Shown: piece after piece, positions 18,257 through 25,971 of the stretch | Numbering within the stretch: the first letter of the stretch is position 1 | How the letters are laid out: every line of letters starts with the position of its first letter | DNA from: Thiobacillus sp. | GTDB taxonomy: Bacteria > Pseudomonadota > Gammaproteobacteria > Burkholderiales > Thiobacillaceae | Reading direction: 5' to 3' | DNA: 64,000 bases | Assembly: GCA_024235835.1 (NCBI GenBank) | Contig: JACKLQ010000004.1 | Location: forward strand, 101,132 to 165,131 | The notes under the pieces: generated by a model | Told to the model about the DNA's origin: nothing | Database searches by the model: none | The model's input: only the letters and a program-made list of their open reading frames with translations | Translations under genes and position numbers: made by a program

Positions 18257-18270
18257 TTGTCAAAAGTCAA
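18257..18270. promoter_or_regulatory. FNR/DNR-like box TTGTC-AAAA-GTCAA upstream of the hemerythrin operon
   Basis: 9/10 palindrome of the same form as the nirS/nor boxes. Its centre is about 65 bp upstream of the hemerythrin ATG at 18329. Confidence 0.5.
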
Positions 18271-18328
18271 TGCCGCGTCCTGACGGTTTTCCGAAAATGC
18301 GTCCACGCAAAACCTACAAGGAGGCAGC

Positions 18329-18781
18329 ATGACCCGTATTTCTCAATACCTTACCGACGACCATGAACACTGTGACGCACTGTTCGCCGAGGCGGAAAAT
18401 GCCGTTGCCAAGTCTGACTGGCCCCAGGCAGGAGAACTGTTCCAGGCCTTCCGCAATGACACCTTGCGCCATTTCACTCGTGAAGAAGAGGTGGTTTTCC
18501 CCGCCTTTGAAAACCGCACCGGCATGAGTGGCGGACCCACCTTCGTCATGCGCGAGGAGCACGACCAGATGCGGGACACGTTCACAGCCATGGACCAGGC
18601 ATTGGAAAAGAAAGATGCCCAGGGCTACCTGGGGCTCTCCGAAACCCTGCTCATGCTCATGCGGCAGCACAACATGAAGGAAGAAAACATTCTCTATCCC
18701 ATGCTGGACCAGGCCCTTGCCGGAGAGGCGGAGAGCCTGCTGGCGGGCATGGAGGCCGGCAACCTGGCCAATGCGGTTTGA
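18329..18781 (+). CDS. Hemerythrin HHE cation-binding domain protein
   Basis: DDHEHCDALF ... HFTREEEVVFP ... MREEHDQM ... HNMKEENILYP, the repeated H/E di-iron ligand pattern. AAGGAGG RBS. Confidence 0.85.
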   Translation: MTRISQYLTDDHEHCDALFAEAENAVAKSDWPQAGELFQAFRNDTLRHFTREEEVVFPAFENRTGMSGGPTFVMREEHDQMRDTFTAMDQALEKKDAQGYLGLSETLLMLMRQHNMKEENILYPMLDQALAGEAESLLAGMEAGNLANAV

Positions 18782-18865
18782 TGAAGGTCAATGCGGTCCT
18801 GACCCAGGACCGGAAGAATATTAGCCAACCATGATTTATCTACAAACCCAATCAAAGGAGTTGTC

Positions 18866-18976
18866 ATGAGCTTGCAGAAAATCTTTGAAAAGAACGAGAA
18901 CCTGGCCGTTGCTTTCATCTTTGCCCTGTTCATCATCAGCCACTTCGGCCTGCTCTATCTGCTGCGTGCGGTCTGA
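18866..18976 (+). CDS. 36-aa single-TM micro-protein (not in ORF track)
   Basis: AAGGAG lies 5 nt upstream of the ATG. The translation is MSLQKIFEKNENLAVAFIFALFIISHFGLLYLLRAV. It sits in the 250-bp gap between the hemerythrin and DUF2249 genes on the same strand. Confidence 0.5.
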   Translation: MSLQKIFEKNENLAVAFIFALFIISHFGLLYLLRAV

Positions 18977-19034
18977 GGCATCGCCAGGCCTTGCAGCCCA
19001 TCCCACTGCCGCCTGAACCAACGCCGGCACCTCG

Positions 19035-19268
19035 ATGAGCACCGAGGTTCTGGTGGATGGGCGATGGCTGGAGCCCCCGGAGCCCCTGGAGCGCGTGGTG
19101 CTGGCGCTGGACATGTTGCGCCCGGGTCAGACCCTGCGCCTGCTCATCCACCGTGAGCCCGTTTTTCTGTACCCGATCCTATGGGAAAAGGGCTTCGGCC
19201 ATACCACGCGCCCTCTGGAGGACGGCTGCTTTGAAGTACTGATCGAACCCCTAGCAAAACCTGCCTGA
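19035..19268 (+). CDS. DUF2249 domain protein
   Basis: 77 aa. LEPPEPLERVVLALDMLRPGQTLRLLIHREP is the TusA-like DUF2249 pattern, which commonly pairs with hemerythrin genes. Confidence 0.7.
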   Translation: MSTEVLVDGRWLEPPEPLERVVLALDMLRPGQTLRLLIHREPVFLYPILWEKGFGHTTRPLEDGCFEVLIEPLAKPA

Positions 19269-19281
19269 TGGAACCAGTCTG

Positions 19282-20574
19282 ATGGCCGGCCCCGGTTTGT
19301 CCTACGACCAGGCGCCGCCTTTTGGCACCCCCCTGCGCCTGTTCCTCGTGGCGCCCATGTTCCTAATCCTGGCTGCCCTGCTGGCCATGTTCGCCCCGGA
19401 TGCCTGGCTGGCCAGCCGCTGGACACCATCGAGCCTGGCCCTCACACACCTGCTCACCCTGGGCTACCTGGGGACCACCATGGTGGGTGCCCTGCTGCAG
19501 ATGCTGCCCGTGGTGGTGGGCTCGCCGGTGCCCTACGCCGAGCCCATCGGCTGGCTGGCCATAATTGGGATCAGCTTTGGCACCCTGCTGCTGGTGACGG
19601 GCTTCCTGGTCGGGGACCCCACCCTGCTTATGTTGGCCACAGTGTTCTTGTCGATCGGACTCGTCCCTTTCCTGGCAGGCACATTGCTCAGCCTTATCCG
19701 CGCCCGGGCCCTGCCCCAAGTGGCCTGGCCCATGCGCCAGGCCTGGCTGGCCCTGGCAGTCACCTTTGCCCTGGGCGTGGTCCTGGCTACAGGATTGGCG
19801 GGCCTTTGGAACACGCCCGATCTCCTGAGTCTCACCGGCCTGCACGCCGCCTGGGGGCTGGGGGGATGGGTGCTGGTGCTGGTCATCGGGGTGGCCTACC
19901 AGGTGGTGCCCATGCTGCAACTCACGCCACCCTATGCAAAGGGCATCACCCTCGCCCTAACCTGGTCCCTGCCCATCGCTCTGATGGTGTTCACGCTGGC
20001 CTGGTTCCTGCCCTCGCCCGCCGCCCGAGGCGTGGAGGCCCTGGCCCTGCTGGTGGGCATGGGCGCCAACCTGGCCTTTGCCCTGGCCACCCTCAAGCTG
20101 CAAGGCCAGCGGCGCCGCAAGATGCCGGACGTGACACTGGATTTCTGGCGCCTGGGCATGGCCAGCCTGATCGGCGTAGCCGTCCTCTTCCCCGCCGCCA
20201 TCATCGAAGCCAACCCCTGGCGCGACGCCACCCAGATTCTCCTTGGCCTGCTCTTCCTGCTGGGCTTCGCCGCCTCGGTGGTGAACGGCATGCTCTACAA
20301 GATCGTGCCCTTCCTTGGCTGGTTCCACCTCCAGGCCCAGACCAAGGCCGGCGCCGGCAAGATTCCCAACATGAAGCAGTTCATCAGCAACGATGCTGCG
20401 AGGTGGCATTTCAGGCTGCACCTGGCCGCCGTGGTCCTGCTGTTGCCCACACCCTGGCTGCCGCCTCAGCTTGCGCTAGCTGGATTGGCGCTGCTGGTCG
20501 TCAGCGGTTTGGCGTTGGAGATGAACCTCCGCAGGGCCAGAAAAATCTTCCTAAGTCATGGCGGGCGACATTAG
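19282..20574 (+). CDS. Polytopic membrane protein of unknown function, paralogue of 7952..9061
   Basis: 430 aa with about 12 TM segments. Conserved motifs are THLLTLGYLGTTMVGALLQMLPVV and LHAAWGLGGWVLVLVIGVAYQVVPML. It starts 13 nt after the DUF2249 stop. Confidence 0.8.
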   Translation: MAGPGLSYDQAPPFGTPLRLFLVAPMFLILAALLAMFAPDAWLASRWTPSSLALTHLLTLGYLGTTMVGALLQMLPVVVGSPVPYAEPIGWLAIIGISFGTLLLVTGFLVGDPTLLMLATVFLSIGLVPFLAGTLLSLIRARALPQVAWPMRQAWLALAVTFALGVVLATGLAGLWNTPDLLSLTGLHAAWGLGGWVLVLVIGVAYQVVPMLQLTPPYAKGITLALTWSLPIALMVFTLAWFLPSPAARGVEALALLVGMGANLAFALATLKLQGQRRRKMPDVTLDFWRLGMASLIGVAVLFPAAIIEANPWRDATQILLGLLFLLGFAASVVNGMLYKIVPFLGWFHLQAQTKAGAGKIPNMKQFISNDAARWHFRLHLAAVVLLLPTPWLPPQLALAGLALLVVSGLALEMNLRRARKIFLSHGGRH

Positions 20575-20582
20575 CCGTAAAT

Positions 20583-20611
20583 GCACAACAACACTGTTGT
20601 GCAACGTTTTT
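20583..20611 (+). terminator. Probable intrinsic terminator after the membrane-protein gene
   Basis: GCACAACA, loop ACAC, TGTTGTGC, followed by AACGTTTTTG. Confidence 0.55.
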
Positions 20612-20635
20612 GTTGTGATATTTTGGCGGCAATCA

Positions 20636-20845
20636 ATGGGAGGCTGCCATGACCTCTCAGACCGCTACTGGCCGATTCGTGTAGCCTTCGATGCCTACTT
20701 ACATGGCGAGGCAAGGCTGATGGATGTAAATCCTGAAGTGCGCAGTGCAGCAAAGCGAATCTTTGATTGGCTTGACGCACCCCGCCGCATTGCCGGCTCC
20801 CAGACAGACAAAAGCAAACCGAGACGTCAGCGTAGTCCTCAGTAA
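20636..20845 (+). CDS. Hypothetical 69-aa protein (weak call)
   Basis: In-frame ATG inside track ORF 20558..20845, in a lower-GC spacer. The stop falls in the left arm of a convergent hairpin shared with nirN. There is no clear RBS and no recognisable motif. Confidence 0.25.
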   Translation: MGGCHDLSDRYWPIRVAFDAYLHGEARLMDVNPEVRSAAKRIFDWLDAPRRIAGSQTDKSKPRRQRSPQ

Positions 20846-20880
20846 CGAGTCACTGAGGCTTGCATATTTCAGTGGCTCGT
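20845..20880. terminator. Hairpin between convergent genes (nirN end)
   Basis: ACGAGTCACTGA, a 12-nt loop, TCAGTGGCTCGT (12-bp stem with one wobble). It spans both stop codons. There is no strong U-tract. Confidence 0.4.
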
Positions 20881-22422
20881 CCCCGCCGACAGCCGGGTCT
20901 TGTTCCACACGTTGTACTTGCCCACCGGGCGCTTCATGGGCAGGCGCTTGATCTCCTTGAAGGTCTTGGCGTCGTAGACGATCACGGCACCGTCCATCTC
21001 CCACAGGGACACCAGAGCGTACTTGCCGTAGCGGTCGAACTCCACGTGGGTGGCGGTCTTGCCCGGTTCCGGCTTCAGGTCCGCCACCACTTCCAGGGTG
21101 CGCTTGTCGATGACGTGCATGACCTCCCGGTTCTTGCCGAAGAACACGTCGGCCCAGGCGTAGGGGGTGTTCTCGTGGCTGCGCAGGAAGAAGCCGGGGC
21201 CCTTGGTGGGGATGATCTTGAGGGTTTTCCACGTCTTCATGTCGATGACCTGGATGTGGCCGTCCTTCAGGTTGGGTGAGGCCATGACCGGGTGGACCAC
21301 GCCCTTTTCATCGGTCCAGTCCCAGGTGATGCCGGAGCCCAGGTGGGGCATGCCGGGAATATCCAGGTCGGCGATCTTGCGGCCCGCGCCCAGGTGGACG
21401 ACCTCGCCCTTGGGGTTGTCCCGGGAGGCGCCCATGAGGTACTTGTAGTCCTGGTCGAAGAAGAAGTCGTCCAGGATCTGGTCCGTGGCGATCTGCCGCA
21501 CCGGCAGGGGGCCCGGCTCGGGGATGGCCTCCTTGAGCTGGTAGTCGTGCACCAGGCCTTTGTAGACAGGCCGGCCGTCGTAGGGAATCTCCCACACCTC
21601 CGGAATGTCCTTGAGGGCCGCGATGAAGCTGGCGCGGGGCCGTGCGTCATACACGGCGGATACCCGGGAGCTTTTTCCATTGGCCGCCACCACGGGAATC
21701 ACCTTCACCAGGGACAGGTCCTTGCCGCTGAGGGCCACCAGGGTGTGGGGCAGGTAGTTGGCCACCATGACGTACCGGCCGTCGCTGGACACGGCCACGT
21801 TGCGGGTGTTGATGCCGGCGCGGATCTCCGCCACCACCTTCAGGTTCCACAGGTCGTACTTGGTGATCCAGCCGTCCCGGCTGGCCCAGTAGACGAAGCG
21901 GCCGTCCGACGTGAACTTGGGTCCGCCGTGCAGGGCGTAGCGGGTCTGGAAGCGGTGGAAGGGCTCCATGACATCGCCGTCCAGCACGCTGATGTGGTGG
22001 TCGCCATGCTCCACCACCAGGGTGACGTTGGTGGGGTCCGCCTTGAACACGGGCTTGGCGGGCAGGCCCACGTTCTCCGCGTTGACGATGTGGGAGGCCT
22101 TGATGTCGTCGGCATCCCACTTGGGCGGAATCTTGTTGGGGGTATAGATCCAGGCGGCCAGGGCCTGAATCTCCTCCGGCTTGAGGATGTCCTTGAAGCC
22201 CGGCATCTGGGTGGCAGGCAAGCCCTCGGCGATGGCCTTCGCCGCCATGGGTTTCTTCAACCGCGCCAGGGATTCCGGCAGCAGGGTGGGCCCCATGCCC
22301 CCCAGGCGGTTGGGGGCGTGGCAGGAGAGGCAATGGGTTTCGTAGAGCTTCTCGGGGTCGGGGTCGGGGTCGGGGGCGGCCTGGGCGGGGCTGATGATAG
22401 CCAGACAAAGGGCCGCCATCAT
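20869..22422 (-). CDS. nirN: Cytochrome cd1-like protein NirN (dihydro-heme d1 dehydrogenase)
   Basis: Heme c site CLSCHA, followed by an eight-bladed-propeller-type sequence similar to NirS/NirF. It is the last gene after nirJ. The 829-aa track ORF is an upstream over-extension into nirJ. The start is ATG at 22422, or TTG at 22440 or 22461. Confidence 0.85.
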   Translation of the reverse strand: MMAALCLAIISPAQAAPDPDPDPEKLYETHCLSCHAPNRLGGMGPTLLPESLARLKKPMAAKAIAEGLPATQMPGFKDILKPEEIQALAAWIYTPNKIPPKWDADDIKASHIVNAENVGLPAKPVFKADPTNVTLVVEHGDHHISVLDGDVMEPFHRFQTRYALHGGPKFTSDGRFVYWASRDGWITKYDLWNLKVVAEIRAGINTRNVAVSSDGRYVMVANYLPHTLVALSGKDLSLVKVIPVVAANGKSSRVSAVYDARPRASFIAALKDIPEVWEIPYDGRPVYKGLVHDYQLKEAIPEPGPLPVRQIATDQILDDFFFDQDYKYLMGASRDNPKGEVVHLGAGRKIADLDIPGMPHLGSGITWDWTDEKGVVHPVMASPNLKDGHIQVIDMKTWKTLKIIPTKGPGFFLRSHENTPYAWADVFFGKNREVMHVIDKRTLEVVADLKPEPGKTATHVEFDRYGKYALVSLWEMDGAVIVYDAKTFKEIKRLPMKRPVGKYNVWNKTRLSAGTSH

Positions 22423-22446
22423 TGCCCAAGAGCTTGCCAAGTGCGC

Positions 22447-22556
22447 CTTTCCCCTTTGCAATAGGGGGAATGAGGGGGATTTGACGGGGTGATTCTTGGC
22501 AAACGCCGCTGGAATCCCCCCTAGCCCCCCTTTAAAAAAGGGGGGGATGAAAGCGT
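22447..22556. repeat. REP-like intergenic element with G/C-tract hairpins (nirJ-nirN spacer)
   Basis: TCCCCTTTGCAATAGGGGGA and CCCCCCTTT-AAA-AAAGGGGGG (22525..22545) stem-loops, plus GGGGGA repeats. When translated it gives PPFFKGGLGGI and SPSFPLLQRG-type pseudo-peptides, which I recall as typical of such repeats. Confidence 0.55.
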
Positions 22557-22577
22557 GACTGTTCAGGACATCGGGGT

Positions 22578-23831
22578 TCATGCGCAGGACTCCATGCATA
22601 GGGGTTGGGTGACGCCCACTTCCTCGTCCGCCAGATAGCAGCCCGGGTCTTCCGCCCAGAAGTCGCCGGTGGTCTGCCAGGCCCGCACCCGGGTGTTGCC
22701 GTTGCAGATGGCCAGGTGGCGGCATTGGGCGCAGCGGCCGCCCACGGGGCGGGGGGACTGCTTCAGGCCGGCCATGAGGGGGTCGGAGGTGTCGGCCCAG
22801 ATTTCGCCGAAGGGGCGCTGGCGCACGTTGCCCAGGGGGTAGTTCCACCACATGGTGTCCGGGTGCACGTCGCCGATGTTGTCGATGTTGGCCACGTTCA
22901 CGCCGCTGGCGTTGCCGCCCCACTGCACCAGCTTGCCCCGTATGTGCTCGTATTGCTCGGGGAAGCGGGAGGCCACCCAGTGCAGCAGGTAGACGCCGTC
23001 CGCGTCGTTGTTGCCGGTAACGAATTCCCTGGGCCGGCCCGCCTGCACGTGGCGCCAGCAGCGGTCCAGCAGCAGGTCCATGGCGGCGCGGGTGGTGCGG
23101 AAGTGGGCGTCGTCGATATCCACCACCCCCACGCTCACTGGAGTTCGCTGCCCCCCGAGGGGGTGCGCGTCCGGCTTGAGGCGGCTCGGCGCCAGACGCG
23201 CCCTGTTCTTGTTGCCCCGCCCGGCATAGTTCAGGTGGGACAGGTAGAACTTGTCGATGGACTCCGCTTCCATCAAATCCAGCAGGGCCGGGAAGTCGTG
23301 GGCGTTTTCCTGGGCGAGGGTGAAGCGGATCCCCACCTTGGCACCCGCCTCCCGGCACAGTCGCACGCCCTTCAGGGCGGCGTCGAAGGCGCCCTCCTTG
23401 CGGCGGAAGCGGTCGTGGGTCTCTTTGATGCCATCCAGGCTGATGCCCACGTAGTCAAAGCCCGTGGCGGCGATGGCCTGGACGTTCTCTTCGTTCACCA
23501 GGGTGCCGTTGCTGGACAGGCCCACGTAGAAGCCCATCTCCTTGGCGCGCCGGCCGATGTCGAAGATGTCCGGCCGCAGCAGGGGCTCGCCGCCGGAGAG
23601 GATGAGCACCGGCACCCGGGCGGCCTTCAGGTCGTCCATGGCACGGAAGACTTCCTCCGTGGACAGCTCGCCGGGGAAGTCCTTGTCGGCGGAGATGGAG
23701 TAGCAGTGCTTGCAGGTGAGGTTGCAGCGCCGCACCAGGTTCCAGATCACCACCGGGCCAGGCGGGTTGCGATGAGGCCCCACGGGGGTGGGACTGAGGA
23801 GTTCCTGCATGAACTGGGTAACGCGAAACAT
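22578..23831 (-). CDS. nirJ: Radical SAM heme d1 biosynthesis protein NirJ
   Basis: CNLTCKHCY radical-SAM cluster motif, SGGEPLL, and a C-terminal Cys-rich SPASM-like region CAQCRHLAICNGN. It lies between nirH and nirN. Confidence 0.92.
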   Translation of the reverse strand: MFRVTQFMQELLSPTPVGPHRNPPGPVVIWNLVRRCNLTCKHCYSISADKDFPGELSTEEVFRAMDDLKAARVPVLILSGGEPLLRPDIFDIGRRAKEMGFYVGLSSNGTLVNEENVQAIAATGFDYVGISLDGIKETHDRFRRKEGAFDAALKGVRLCREAGAKVGIRFTLAQENAHDFPALLDLMEAESIDKFYLSHLNYAGRGNKNRARLAPSRLKPDAHPLGGQRTPVSVGVVDIDDAHFRTTRAAMDLLLDRCWRHVQAGRPREFVTGNNDADGVYLLHWVASRFPEQYEHIRGKLVQWGGNASGVNVANIDNIGDVHPDTMWWNYPLGNVRQRPFGEIWADTSDPLMAGLKQSPRPVGGRCAQCRHLAICNGNTRVRAWQTTGDFWAEDPGCYLADEEVGVTQPLCMESCA

Positions 23832-23849
23832 GGACTACCTCCAATATCC

Positions 23850-23915
23850 GTCATGTCGGAGCTGATCCGGCATCCAGGCCAAGACCTGGATTCCCGCCTG
23901 CGCGGGAATGACGCG
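23850..23915. repeat. REP-like element (nirH-nirJ spacer)
   Basis: CCAGG-CCAAGA-CCTGG (23874..23889) is immediately followed by ATTCCCGC-CTGC-GCGGGAAT (23890..23909). This is the widespread repeat that translates as SRLRGNDA / VIPAQAGIQ. Confidence 0.65.
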
Positions 23916-23937
23916 AATGCAAAATCTACTCATCCGT

Positions 23938-24432
23938 TCATCCTCCTATGCGCAGGCCGGTCTTTTTCAGGATGCGGCTGCTGTAGAGGATGTCGTGGTG
24001 ATGGCAGGCCTTGCCCAGGGCCTGGCTTATCTCGGCCACATAGCCGAGCACTTCCTGGCGATCGTGGCCATGGACCATGGCGAACAGGTTGAAGGGCCAC
24101 TGGGGCAGGCAGCGTGGACGGCGGTAGCAGTGGCTGACGAAGTCCAGACGACCGACGCGCTCGCCCAGCTCGTCCACCAGGGCATCGTCAACATCCCACA
24201 CGGTCATGCCATTGGCCTTGTAACCCAGGGCATAGTGGTTGGGCACGGCGCCGATGCGGCGGATGGCCCTGGTGGCCACCATGGCCCGCAGCCGTTCCAT
24301 GAGCTCTGTCGCCGTGATGCCCAGCTGTACGGCCACGGCCTGGTAAGGTTCCGGAACCAGGGGCAGCCCCGCCTGGGTGGCCTGGATGATGCGCTGGTCC
24401 AGGTCGTCGATGGCGAATTCCATCGTGCTCAT
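23938..24432 (-). CDS. nirH: Siroheme decarboxylase subunit NirH (AsnC/Lrp-like)
   Basis: AsnC-type domain with the HCYRRP...WPFNLFAMVHG motif shared with NirD/L/G. The ATG overlaps the nirG stop (ATGA). Confidence 0.85.
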   Translation of the reverse strand: MSTMEFAIDDLDQRIIQATQAGLPLVPEPYQAVAVQLGITATELMERLRAMVATRAIRRIGAVPNHYALGYKANGMTVWDVDDALVDELGERVGRLDFVSHCYRRPRCLPQWPFNLFAMVHGHDRQEVLGYVAEISQALGKACHHHDILYSSRILKKTGLRIGG

Positions 24433-24926
24433 GCCTTCAGTTTCAGTTCCACGAAATACTCCTGCTCCTTCGGGAAACGGTAGATGGGATAGCCGGTGAT
24501 CTTCTCGATGTAACTGAAAGCCGCCTCCACCTTTTCCGGGGACTCGGCGGCCCCCACGAACCACATGTTCAGGCGGTGTTCGCGGCGGTAGTTGTGGGCG
24601 ATCTCCGGCTGCTGGTTGACGAACTGGGCAATGCGGTCGAAGTCGGCGTTGGGCACGGACATGGCGGCCAGCACGTTGGCGCCGCCGAAGCGGTCTGCGT
24701 TGTACAGGGGGCCGAAGCGGGTCAGCACCTTGTCCTCCAGCAGTCGCTGGAGGCGGGCGATAAGTTCCCCCTCCTCAAGGCCCAGATTGCGGGCGGCCAC
24801 GGCGTAGGGATGCTCGCAGACGGGGAAGCCGCCCTGGAGGCCGTTGATGATGCGGCGGTCCACCTCGTCCAGCACGGCAGCGGGCTTCTCCGCCCGCTCC
24901 GTTCGTTCCATGACCAGGACGCTCAT
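24429..24926 (-). CDS. nirG: Siroheme decarboxylase subunit NirG (AsnC/Lrp-like)
   Basis: RRIINGLQGGFPVCEHPY ... AHNYRREHRLNMWFV, the same family signature. Its position is conserved. Confidence 0.85.
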   Translation of the reverse strand: MSVLVMERTERAEKPAAVLDEVDRRIINGLQGGFPVCEHPYAVAARNLGLEEGELIARLQRLLEDKVLTRFGPLYNADRFGGANVLAAMSVPNADFDRIAQFVNQQPEIAHNYRREHRLNMWFVGAAESPEKVEAAFSYIEKITGYPIYRFPKEQEYFVELKLKA

Positions 24927-24936
24927 CCGCTATGCC

Positions 24937-25971
24937 TCAGGCCGCTTTGGGCAGGCTGGAGTAACGGGCGCCGCACTGCTTGAAGCGGCGGCGGGAAAAC
25001 AGGGGCTGGCAGCGTACGTCTTCCAAGTCCAGGGTGTGGCGGAGATGTTCACGAAGCTGGTCCACCTGATCCAGCACGGCTGCCCGGTCCTTGCCGTGGA
25101 CCATGGAGAACAGGTTGTACGGCCAGTCCGGCAGGCGGCGGGGGCGCTGGTAGCACAGGGTCACGCCGGCCTGGGCCGCCAGCAGCCGCCCGGCCTCGGC
25201 GACACGGGCATCGGGGATGTCCCATACCACCATGGCGTTGGCGGTATAGCCAAGTTCGCGGTGCCGCACCACCACGCCAAAGCGGCGGATGACAGACAGG
25301 GCCAGCAGCCGCTCCAAACGAGCCATGAAGGCCACCTCGCCCATGCCACAACGGGCGGCCAGGCTGGCGTAGGGCCGGGAGATGAGCTCCAGGCCATTTT
25401 CCAGGACGGTGGCCACGGTGTAGTCGGCGGACTCCAGTTGACCTCGCAAGACGGCGGTATCCACGGGGCTGCCGGCGGCATCCTGGTGGGGGCCGCGGCC
25501 CGCCGGCCTGCCCCCCAGCTCAAAGCCCAGGTCGATGTGGTAGTCCGCCACCATGGGCAGATCCAGGGGTTTCAATCCCGTGGCGCGATGAATCTCGGCC
25601 AACACCTCATCCACCCGCTCCCGGCCGGGAGCCGCGGCCACGAACCACAGGTTGTAGGCATGCTCCCGCTCGTAGTTGTGGTTCACCTCGGGAAAGCAGT
25701 CTATAGCCCGGGCCACCTCTTCCAGGCGCTCGGGGGGGCAGGCCACCGCCGCCAGGGTGCTCCAGCCCAGCACGTGGGGACGGAACACGGCCCCCACGCG
25801 GGATACATGACCCCGTTGCTTCAGGCTGGCCAGGCGATCCAGAACGGTGGTTTCATCACAGTCCAGGCATTTCGCCAGTTCGGCGTAGGGTCGGGGCACG
25901 AGGGGAAATCCCCGCTGCCAATCGTTGAGCAAGCGGAACTCTAGATCAGACAGATCGTGCTGGAGTTTCAT
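24937..25971 (-). CDS. nirDL: Fused siroheme decarboxylase NirD-NirL
   Basis: Two tandem AsnC-like modules (NHNYEREHAYNLWFV and CYQRPRRLPDWPYNLFSMVHG) in 344 aa. The ATG overlaps the nirF stop (ATGA). Start trimmed from 26100. Confidence 0.85.
   Translation of the reverse strand: MKLQHDLSDLEFRLLNDWQRGFPLVPRPYAELAKCLDCDETTVLDRLASLKQRGHVSRVGAVFRPHVLGWSTLAAVACPPERLEEVARAIDCFPEVNHNYEREHAYNLWFVAAAPGRERVDEVLAEIHRATGLKPLDLPMVADYHIDLGFELGGRPAGRGPHQDAAGSPVDTAVLRGQLESADYTVATVLENGLELISRPYASLAARCGMGEVAFMARLERLLALSVIRRFGVVVRHRELGYTANAMVVWDIPDARVAEAGRLLAAQAGVTLCYQRPRRLPDWPYNLFSMVHGKDRAAVLDQVDQLREHLRHTLDLEDVRCQPLFSRRRFKQCGARYSSLPKAA

Noticed and set aside
18258-18263. TTGACA hexamer on the minus strand as a -35 element for zur.
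   Set aside because: No acceptable -10 lies at 16-18 bp. The hexamer is better explained as half of the TTGTC-AAAA-GTCAA DNR-like box serving the hemerythrin operon.
20869-23358. 829-aa reading of the nirN ORF extending upstream through the REP spacer into nirJ.
   Set aside because: The first 300 or so residues are Arg/Pro/Gly-rich, overlap nirJ out of frame and run through the intergenic repeat. The cytochrome c signal peptide and CLSCHA site begin only near 22422..22461.
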